DNA of 64,000 bases, taken from NCBI GenBank assembly GCA_965140415.1, contig OZ223209.1, forward strand, positions 5,911,758-5,975,757, written 5' to 3'. A model generated the notes under the pieces. That model was not told where the DNA came from. It saw only the letters and a program-made list of their open reading frames with translations, and made no database searches. This DNA is from Myxococcota bacterium (GTDB taxonomy: Bacteria; Myxococcota_A; SURF-8). The position numbers and the translations under genes were made by a program. The stretch's first letter is position 1, and the number at the start of each line of letters is the position of its first letter. Positions 56,141-64,000 of this stretch are shown here, in pieces.

Positions 56141-59041
56141 CTAGCTGCAACCGTGCTGTGTGCCACAATTGAGACAAGCATAGCAGCTACCCGAGCGGGT
56201 CATGATCGTGCCGCAGGTCGGGCAGGGCGGCGCATCTTCCTGGTTGACGAAGCTCTGGCCGTCGGCGCCTTTGGCTTTCTGGCCGTTATCGGGAGTGACG
56301 GCGCTTTTGGCGACCACGCCGTTTTCCAGTGAGGGCGGCACCTGGTTGCCCATTTTCTGCCGCGATTCGGTAGATAGGAACTTGCTGCCCAACCAACGGA
56401 AGATGTAGTCGTAAATGCTCTTGGCAACCGGGATTTCCTGGTTCTTGGTAAAGCCGGAAGGCTCGAAGCGCATGTGGCTGAACTTGGCGACCAGATCCTC
56501 CAGCGGCACACCGTATTGCAAAGCCAGCGAGGTCATCGTAGCAAAGCCATCGAGCAGGCCGCTGATGGTGCTGCCTTCTTTATTCATCAGCAGGAAGATC
56601 TCGCCCGGGTTGCCGTCTTCGTAGGTGCCGACCGTCACGTAACCTTCGTGGCCGCCCAGCGAGAACTTGTGCGTCAGCGCCTGGCGCTCGTCTGGCATGC
56701 GGCGACGTCCGCGCGCGGTAAGGCCTTCCTCTTTTGGGACGTCCTTGCCGGTGTTGAGCGGCTGCACGCGCTTGGAGTTATCGCGGTAAATGGCGATGGC
56801 CTTCAGACCCAGTTCCCAGGCTTTGACGTAGGCTTCGCTGATATCCTTGACCGTCGATTCCTCCGGCATGTTCACGGTCTTGCTGATCGCGCCGGAAATG
56901 AAAGGCTGACAGGCGGCCATCATGCGGATATGGCCCATGTGGGTAATGCAGCGGCTGCCGTTACGCGGACGCAGGGCGCAGTCGAAGACCGGCAGGTGCT
57001 CGTCTTTCAGACACGGCGCGCCTTCGATGGTCTGGTTCTTTTCGACGTATTCCACGATGTCCGCCGCTTCGCGGTCGTTGTAGCCCAGGCGTTTCAAGGC
57101 TTTGGGGATCGAATGGTTGACGATCTCCATCATGCCGCCGCCGACCAGTTTCTTGTATTTCACCAGCGCCAGATCGGGCTCGATGCCGGTGGTGTCGGCG
57201 TCCATCATAAAGGAAATGGTGCCGGTGGGTGCGATGACGGAAACCTGCGCATTGCGGAATCCGTAACGTCCGCCCAGTTTCAAGGCTTCCTGCCAGACTT
57301 CCGCCGCGGAGTTGTACAGGCCATCGGGAACCAAATCTTTTTTCACGACCTTGGCTAAGGAATCCTTGTGCATCTTGATGACATTCAAGAAGGAGTTGCG
57401 GTTCTTCTCGAAATCGCGGAAGGGTCCGAAATGCGAAGACAAGGCCGCCGAGCGCTTGTAAGCCTGACCGGTCATAATGGCAGTCACGGTCGAGGCATAG
57501 GCGCGGCCTTCTTCCGAATCGTAAGCCAGCCCGCGCGACATCAACAGCGCGCCCAGGTTGGTGTAGCCGATGCCCAGCGGACGATAGGCGTGGCTGTTCC
57601 AGGCGATCTTGCTGCGCGGATAGGAGGCATTGTCTACAATGATTTCCTGCGCGGTGATGAAGATATCCACCGCCCGCTTGAAGCTCTCGTAATCGAATTC
57701 ATTATTTTCGCCGACATAGGTCATCAGATTCAAGGAAGCCAGATTGCAGCTCGAATTGTCCACGAACATGTATTCCGAGCAGGGGTTACTGGCGTTGATG
57801 CGTTGCGTATCGGCAACCGGATTCCATTTGTTGATGACGGTGTCGAATTGCAAACCGGGATCGCCGCAAACGTGCGTACCTTCGGCAATGGCGGTCATGA
57901 TCTCACGCGCTTTATAGGTATCCATTTTCTTGCCGCTGGTAACGGCCTTGGTGTACCAGGTGTCGTCCTCGACGACCTTTTTCATGAATTCGTCGCTGAC
58001 ACGCACGCTGTTGTTGCTGTTCTGGAAAAAGACGGAAGCATAGGCTTCGCCGTCGAAAGCGCCGTCGTAACCGGAGTCGATCAGCGCCCAGGCTTTCTTT
58101 TCCTCATGCACCTTCGCGCCGATGAAGTCCATCACGTCGGGATGATCGACGTTCAGGATGACCATCTTGGCCGCGCGGCGTGTCTTGCCGCCGCTTTTAA
58201 TAACGCCGGCGAAGGCATCATAGCCGCGCATGAAGCTGACGGGACCGGAGGCGATGCCGCCGGTGCTTAAATGCTCGCGGCTGGAACGCAGCGTGCTCAG
58301 ATTCGTGCCGGTACCCGAACCATATTTAAAGAGCATACCTTCGGTTTTGGCCAGCTCCAGGATCGACTCCATGGTGTCTTCGACTTCATTGATGAAGCAG
58401 GCGGAGCATTGCGGATGCGTTTCCTGACCGACGTTGAACCACACCGGCGAGTTGAACGAACCTTTCTGATGCAGCAACAGGTAGGTCAGTTCTTCGCCGA
58501 AGATATCGCGATCTTTTTCCGTTTTGAAGTAACCCTGCTCATAACCCCAACCGGCCATGGTCAGCGCGACACGGTCGATCAGCTGCTTCAAGCTTTTCTC
58601 GCGAACGCCTTCCCCGATTTTACTGCGGAAGTACTTGCTGACGACGACGTTGGTGGCCATCTGGCTCCAGAACACCGGGAACTCCAGGTCGTTTTGCTCG
58701 AAGATGGTTTCACCGCGATCGTTGGCGATGCGCGCCGAACGCATTTCCCACTCGACTTCATCGTAAGGATGAACGCCTTCTTTGGTGAAAAAGCGCGGAA
58801 TCGTCATGCCTACACCCTGATGATGCAGCAGTTCCGCCTTGATGCGATAGTTGCCATGCTTGAGTTGTTTTTCGAGTACTTCGGCCATGGAAGGCAATGC
58901 GACGGGCTTCTTTTCGCTCTGTTTGGGCGCCTCATACAGCTCTTCCAGGTTTCCCGCTTCCACTGCGTGCTGTTGCGTCTCGTTATCTGCTTCGACCGGC
59001 ACTTTTTTGGAGTCGATCTTACTAATGTTCTGAGTCGTCAT
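56141..59041 (-). CDS. nrdJ: Adenosylcobalamin-dependent (class II) ribonucleotide reductase with C-terminal TSCPD domain and Zn ribbon
   Basis: FNSPVWFN, QCSACFI, TRRAAKM, NPCSE, IAPTGTIS, SGAISKTVN, YRD, CPTCG..CYACLNCG. Confidence 0.96.
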   Translation of the reverse strand: MTTQNISKIDSKKVPVEADNETQQHAVEAGNLEELYEAPKQSEKKPVALPSMAEVLEKQLKHGNYRIKAELLHHQGVGMTIPRFFTKEGVHPYDEVEWEMRSARIANDRGETIFEQNDLEFPVFWSQMATNVVVSKYFRSKIGEGVREKSLKQLIDRVALTMAGWGYEQGYFKTEKDRDIFGEELTYLLLHQKGSFNSPVWFNVGQETHPQCSACFINEVEDTMESILELAKTEGMLFKYGSGTGTNLSTLRSSREHLSTGGIASGPVSFMRGYDAFAGVIKSGGKTRRAAKMVILNVDHPDVMDFIGAKVHEEKKAWALIDSGYDGAFDGEAYASVFFQNSNNSVRVSDEFMKKVVEDDTWYTKAVTSGKKMDTYKAREIMTAIAEGTHVCGDPGLQFDTVINKWNPVADTQRINASNPCSEYMFVDNSSCNLASLNLMTYVGENNEFDYESFKRAVDIFITAQEIIVDNASYPRSKIAWNSHAYRPLGIGYTNLGALLMSRGLAYDSEEGRAYASTVTAIMTGQAYKRSAALSSHFGPFRDFEKNRNSFLNVIKMHKDSLAKVVKKDLVPDGLYNSAAEVWQEALKLGGRYGFRNAQVSVIAPTGTISFMMDADTTGIEPDLALVKYKKLVGGGMMEIVNHSIPKALKRLGYNDREAADIVEYVEKNQTIEGAPCLKDEHLPVFDCALRPRNGSRCITHMGHIRMMAACQPFISGAISKTVNMPEESTVKDISEAYVKAWELGLKAIAIYRDNSKRVQPLNTGKDVPKEEGLTARGRRRMPDERQALTHKFSLGGHEGYVTVGTYEDGNPGEIFLLMNKEGSTISGLLDGFATMTSLALQYGVPLEDLVAKFSHMRFEPSGFTKNQEIPVAKSIYDYIFRWLGSKFLSTESRQKMGNQVPPSLENGVVAKSAVTPDNGQKAKGADGQSFVNQEDAPPCPTCGTIMTRSGSCYACLNCGTQHGCS

Positions 59042-59270
59042 ATTGTCTCTCCCATTTCGATTCTGGCCATAAGCATCCTGTGGCGATCCTCGACCAAACC
59101 GCCATAAGTTACTGTATTTACATGTTAAAATATGTATATTGCACTAGCCGAAGCCATACTCCGGCGCGACACTCTTTTTTTCCACCCACAGACATTCCAA
59201 CCGCATCCACTCATTACCGACTCGTTGTGCGGCGTTGTGCCTCCCCTCGATTGCGAGGTTACGGTCACGG

Positions 59271-59356
59271 AAGGTATCAAAAAGATTTTCATCTGTCAAG
59301 AGACAGGGCACAACATCTCGCGTCATGCGATAAACGCAGTATACCATATCTGGGGT
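59271..59356 (-). promoter_or_regulatory. nrdJ sigma70 promoter and two NrdR-box-like sites
   Basis: Minus strand TTGACA-17-TACCTT (59299-59271); gcacaacatctcgcgt (59308) and ataccatatctggggt (59341) against consensus acaCwAtATaTwGtgt. Confidence 0.65.
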
Positions 59357-60012
59357 CTAAATTCAATTGAAGGATTTCGAAGGGTTGGCTTAATTCGCGA
59401 TGGAAAGCGAAAAAAAGTGAATCTCCATTCAATATACAAATGAAATCCAGGAATGGTCTGTTAAATCGAAGAGTTATAAAAAACATGCCTAGGGCGTCAT
59501 TTTTTTTGTGGAACGCAATTTTTTTTTGAAAAATGCGCTGGACAACTGGCAGCGAAACCGCCGTTCACGATTTTTTTTGTGTGTAACTGTAAGTGGTTGA
59601 TATTGTAGGATTATACTCGACGTAAATTCTTTGCGGAATTGACAGGCATGCATCCGGCCTCCCGGCACTTTGATTAAGCAGCCAAAGACACTCGGTTTTT
59701 TTTAAATGCGGCGACCCAATCCGTTAATAGATTATTATATAATTCGAATAATCGGGTTAACCAAAAATGCTAGTATTTTCCATATGTCTTGCCGAATCGC
59801 TGTACATAACTGTATATGTTAATAAAAAATACATGAAACTTTCCATCGTTAAATAGCTTTCCCTATTAATGATGGAATCCCGGATGCGAAAACCGAATTA
59901 AGCCTGCGATTCGATTCCCTCCCTTGGGGATGCTTTGCTTGCCCGCGCTAATCTCTTGCGTAACGATTGTCCTCTGGCTACAATGATCGGGTTCTGCTTT
60001 GTGGAGGTGCGT

Positions 60013-60963
60013 ATGACTTTTCAGCGGCGCATGATTGCGTTACTCATCCTATTGTGGCTGCCCCTTGCCTTTTCGGCCTGGGCGGAGACCTATGACGCCA
60101 ATGCAGGGACGACGCACGCCTATCCAACACCGGCGACCTACAAGGACAGCAAGGGCAAAGGCAAGGCCACGGAATTCCACCTGTCCAGCGGCAAGGTCCA
60201 CAACGCCGATCTCTACTTCCCAAACGAGGGAAAAACCCACGGATACCCGCAACATCGCCGCGTTGCCGAGGCAAAAGGCACGGCACGCGCAACGACCTTC
60301 AATCACGGGCAGGTACAGTATCCGGCCAACTATTACAATCCGATCGACGCCAAACCCATGGTGGTGCACGAGCGACAACGACGTCGGGTCGTTCCCAAAG
60401 AACCGAACTTGCCCGATAATGTCTGCCCCTTGCATCAGGCCCGCAAGAAATTCAACCAGGCCAACCGCATGCGACGGGAACGAATTTTCGAGCGCATGCT
60501 GGTACAGGGCGAGGTGGCGGTCGTACAAGCCAAGGTGCGCGACTGGTCCACCCCGGTGCTGGCTTTGGGAGGGCTGCGGCTGGTGCAGACTCACTTCGAC
60601 CCGCTTGGACATTTCTGGGAGGCGGATCTTTATTTTCCCGCCGCCTATCGATGCGGCAAGGGGATCGTGCGCGTCCGCCAGGATGATTCGCTGACTTCCA
60701 ATGTGTCGGTGCTGGCGATCGATCGGGATCTGGTGCTGCTGGTCGTCAACGGTCGACTGGCCTATCTGAAAACGCCGCAGGCCGTTGCTCCGACCTGGCG
60801 CATGGTCTGGGATACCGGCATCGAACTTGAATACGAAACCGGCCAGGCTTCCGGTCTGGTGATCGATAAATCCCCCAGCCGAACCAAACCTAAGAAGAGA
60901 TCCAAGAAAAAACGCAGAAAAAGCAGGAAATCCAAATCCAAGCGTAGCATTCGCAAGCGCTGA
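60013..60963 (+). CDS. Exported hypothetical protein with internal repeat and Lys/Arg-rich tail
   Basis: RBS ggagg, signal peptide ending SAWA, host-like codon usage. Confidence 0.8.
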   Translation: MTFQRRMIALLILLWLPLAFSAWAETYDANAGTTHAYPTPATYKDSKGKGKATEFHLSSGKVHNADLYFPNEGKTHGYPQHRRVAEAKGTARATTFNHGQVQYPANYYNPIDAKPMVVHERQRRRVVPKEPNLPDNVCPLHQARKKFNQANRMRRERIFERMLVQGEVAVVQAKVRDWSTPVLALGGLRLVQTHFDPLGHFWEADLYFPAAYRCGKGIVRVRQDDSLTSNVSVLAIDRDLVLLVVNGRLAYLKTPQAVAPTWRMVWDTGIELEYETGQASGLVIDKSPSRTKPKKRSKKKRRKSRKSKSKRSIRKR

Positions 60964-61436
60964 GGCTTGCTTAGACTCTGATTCTTAAGATGGATCAGGA
61001 TATAATCCTGCTCGATCCAAGGTATCCAAGGAGAACGACTCAACCTACTCTTGAATGGGTATGTCACAAGATATTGCGATTGGCTTTGAAAACGAGTGGC
61101 ATCTATAAGAGAGGGCATTTTTTTCCGATTTCCGTTGTTCCTTCCTTCAGCCATCTATTCGGCGTCGTTTTTCGCGCCATGATTCCGTGCAAGAATCGCT
61201 CACCCCACTCACGGTCCTGCTCTCTCTGGAGCACTGCCACCCTCGGGGTCATGGCGAAACGGATTATCGAAAGAACGTTCAGGAAACCGGAAACTCTCAT
61301 CCTTGCTCGGAGCCCTCGCCGAAGGCATCCCCATCCGTCGCACGCACTGTTCAAACATGCGCGAGCTAAAGGGTAAAAAGGCGATGATACCATCGACCTT
61401 GTGAGGTCAGCCCTCTCTTATGGAATCATGGATGAA

Positions 61437-61509
61437 CCGCAGGTTGCCCATGAGCCAAAAAGAACACGGACAAGCTCCGTTTCACTTCGCTTGGCCACGT
61501 GCCTCCCTG
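61437..61509. repeat. Degenerate family A repeat
   Basis: ccgcaggttgccc...caagctccgtttcacttcgcttggccacgtgcc aligns with 14783-14850. Confidence 0.65.
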
Positions 61510-61574
61510 AAATCATACAGGTTTGTAGCTTCTTGTGATACACCCAAGTGGTTAAGAGAGAAACCGATTGCCCC

Positions 61575-63356
61575 TCAACGAATATGGCATACTCCCGGGC
61601 TGGGGGCGTTGTTTTCGCTCCACTGGCCATCGTTGCCTTTTTCGATGCTGGCGTCCGAGCCGGAATCGCCGACATGCGCTCCAGGGCAGGCTTGGCCATT
61701 CGGGCAGAGCAGATCATCGTCGTTATTTGAGCCATACACCACCGCATCCACCGGAACCGAGGTGTTGGAGATATTGCCGTCGCGCAGAATGTTGAACAAT
61801 CCCACACCGTTACCGCTGTTACTGCCACCGTTCTGGATGTCATCCTCGAAATTGAGTTCGATGTCGTAGTCGGGATTGCCGTTGCCATCGGTTTTCAGCG
61901 GTCCACCGATGACATAACAGCCGCCCGGCGGAATTTTGCCGGAAAGAAAACCATTGTAGGTGAACAGATAGCCGCCCGTGCCTGAATCCGCACCACCTGC
62001 GATTTTGTAATGCGACAAATTCAGTTGCACCGGGGAATTGTTGTAGATTTCCACCCATTCCTTTTCGTTGTCATCGCCGGAAGCATCGTAAAATACTTCG
62101 GAAAGTTGTAGATCCGGCCTGATGCAATCACCCTGATAGCAGACCTGGTAGTCGGTGGGATCATCGTTGCAAACGGTCAGACCGTCCTGCTTGAACTCGA
62201 TTTCGCAGCGATCCAGATCCTCGTTGCAAACGCCGATCTGACAGGCCGCTTCGGTCACAACGCCGGAGCAGTCGCGGCTGCCCTCAGTCGCCACACAATA
62301 TCCGTTGTCGTCACAGTGATCGTCGTCGGTACAGAAGTTGCCGTCGTTGCATTGCTCGTCGGTCGTGCAGCGCTGGGCGGTACCCGTTCCCTGTAACGCG
62401 ACGTTCTCCTGCTGATCCTCATTGCCGCGATCCTTGGCCACGACAACCAGGGTATCGGTCAATTCGAATTCATCCTCGTTCACCCCCGCAATGGAGGAGG
62501 GCCGAAACGCGACACGACAGCGGCGCTGCTCGCCACCCGGCAATACCAAGGGCAGGCGGCAATCGGTGTCCGCTTCGTCTTCCAATGGCTCGGGATGAAA
62601 CACAAAAGCCGAGGCCGAGCCTTTGTCCATGTAAATGTTCGAGATTTCCAGAATCCGGTTGCTGTCGGCGGAACCGGTTGCGGTGATCGTGATAAACATG
62701 GATTCGCTTTCTTCACCCAGCGATTCCGTACCGAAATCAAGCTGTTCGGGGCTTACGCCCAGCGTGACGACCCCCTTGTAATCGTTTGTCAAAGCCACGC
62801 GCGTGTTCGGAGTCAGCACATCGTTGGAGGTGATGATCAGTGTCCCGCTGTCCCCCTCAACATCGCTGCGGGTGTAGTCGATTTGGATTTCCACACCGGC
62901 TTCGTCCACCAGCAGGGATTCGCCCGGCTCCAACTGTGGCGACAGAATGCTGAAATCGTCGCTTGTCGCATCCGATAGCGCGATTTCGCGCAGGATCAAC
63001 AGGCCTTCCCCATTATTATAGACATGCAGACTCTGGGTCTTGCTCTGCCAGAGATACACCGCGCCGAAAGACAATTCCGAGGCGACGCCCACGCAGGGAC
63101 CATCGGAGCAGCTTGTTCCCACAATAACATTATCGTTTGTGTCTGCATCGCCATCAAGGACGGGTGGCGTCCAGGGGGTGGTGTCATCGCCGTCGGTGCT
63201 ATCGCCGTTGTTGCCACTTGGTTGACAGTTGACCACATCACCGTCGGGACAGACGCCGCAGGTTTCATCCGAACAGGCGGAAAAAATCAGGCCGATAAAC
63301 GAGAAAAGCGTGAGAGCAAACATCAAATGAGAGGGGAGAAAGCCGTGCGTGCGCAT
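61575..63356 (-). CDS. Acidic, Cys-rich surface lipoprotein with two Ig-like (ASH/choice-of-anchor D-like) domains and a lamin-tail domain
   Basis: Lipobox IFSAC, LSFGAV/LDFGTE domains, CNDGNFCTDDDHC, LSEVFYDA..EWVEIYN..PSPG; start chosen at MRTH. Confidence 0.8.
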   Translation of the reverse strand: MRTHGFLPSHLMFALTLFSFIGLIFSACSDETCGVCPDGDVVNCQPSGNNGDSTDGDDTTPWTPPVLDGDADTNDNVIVGTSCSDGPCVGVASELSFGAVYLWQSKTQSLHVYNNGEGLLILREIALSDATSDDFSILSPQLEPGESLLVDEAGVEIQIDYTRSDVEGDSGTLIITSNDVLTPNTRVALTNDYKGVVTLGVSPEQLDFGTESLGEESESMFITITATGSADSNRILEISNIYMDKGSASAFVFHPEPLEDEADTDCRLPLVLPGGEQRRCRVAFRPSSIAGVNEDEFELTDTLVVVAKDRGNEDQQENVALQGTGTAQRCTTDEQCNDGNFCTDDDHCDDNGYCVATEGSRDCSGVVTEAACQIGVCNEDLDRCEIEFKQDGLTVCNDDPTDYQVCYQGDCIRPDLQLSEVFYDASGDDNEKEWVEIYNNSPVQLNLSHYKIAGGADSGTGGYLFTYNGFLSGKIPPGGCYVIGGPLKTDGNGNPDYDIELNFEDDIQNGGSNSGNGVGLFNILRDGNISNTSVPVDAVVYGSNNDDDLLCPNGQACPGAHVGDSGSDASIEKGNDGQWSENNAPSPGVCHIR

Positions 63357-63495
63357 GATTCGAACAATCCTTTCCTGCCGAGTCCAACCGTCACCGATAG
63401 GCTGTATACAACACTTGATTGCGAATGTCATGTAAGATTCGAGTTCAAATTGTAAGGAGGCGATGCAATCGAGATCAGCGGGCGGACGAGGTCAA

Positions 63496-63734
63496 GGTGA
63501 CACGGGCAAAGCCGCAGGCTTGCCCGTGTTTAAGAACTGCTTGGGAGAGCCACTCGTCCGCGATCGAAGATCGCGGAAAGCTGTGTGTTTTCAATAGGTT
63601 ACAAACGGCCTCCCGGAACTTTCATTCCGTAAGACCATGGCACACATTCTTAAAACTAGTGGCTAAAAATGATTAAGAACCGGTACAATACAGTTTTTCG
63701 GCGGGCTCACGCCTCGCCGCTACAAAAAGACATC
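63496..63734. repeat. Mosaic: half family A, element E, motif C, family B
   Basis: 63559-63643 is about the reverse complement of 24301-24385; 63662-63682 = 24418-24438; 63699-63724 is about 24455-24480. Confidence 0.88.
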
Positions 63735-63763
63735 GCCAAAAATGACTTCTCTATGCCGCAGGT

Positions 63764-64000
63764 TTAGATTTCCTTGGGCATGGCGTCCAGATCGACGGTG
63801 CGCAGCGCGAAGCGGATCAACTGGCTTTTATTGGCCTTGGTATGACCGCGGCGTTTCAGTTCCTGCACCATACCTTCCAAACGCTCGATATCTTCCGTAT
63901 ACAACGAGATACAGCAGACCTTGTAGTGTTGCGGTTTGGGTTTGGCTTCTTGAGTCGGTTGTTTCTCCGCTTCTGAACGGTGAGAAGGCAGATAGAACGT
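63764..64000 (-). CDS. Partial small protein, possibly ribbon-helix-helix type (5' end outside window)
   Basis: Manual translation, open to the window edge: ...[54 protein letters not shown]. Confidence 0.7.
   Translation of the reverse strand, partial: TFYLPSHRSEAEKQPTQEAKPKPQHYKVCCISLYTEDIERLEGMVQELKRRGHTKANKSQLIRFALRTVDLDAMPKEI

Noticed and set aside
60964-61436. Short ORFs (60990-61376 plus, 61103-61393 minus)
   Set aside because: No RBS, motif or protein-like composition; treated as intergenic

Overview
A 64 kb, moderately GC-rich bacterial chromosomal segment whose gene content suggests a deltaproteobacterial (Myxococcota/Desulfobacterota-like) lineage; this is inference only. Core genes: slyD-like PPIase, gltX, xseA, an inositol monophosphatase-family gene, a carD/cdnL-ispDF-(membrane protein)-cysS cluster, a late flagellar cluster (two flagellins, flaG, long fliD, fliS, FliT-like), an acyl-CoA transferase, a moxR-DUF58-batA-E operon, bamD and a class II ribonucleotide reductase (nrdJ). 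No rRNA, tRNA, CRISPR array, integrase or transposase was recognised. Most notable: (1) an AT-rich island at about 53.1-55.9 kb with a coupled gene pair, a Mrr-like PD-(D/E)XK nuclease-domain protein and a 201-aa protein with possible truncated HK97 capsid-fold features, which is a candidate undescribed anti-phage system; (2) several families of REP/MITE-like palindromes that form modular intergenic mosaics and bracket the accessory genes like cassettes; (3) two apparent pseudo-enzymes, a hybrid kinase with His->Tyr and a degenerate N-box, and a WecB lacking its catalytic acidic residues; (4) ispDF appears to need a CTG start and follows a hairpin-dense region of about 600 nt. All calls were made by eye from motifs; no searches were run.
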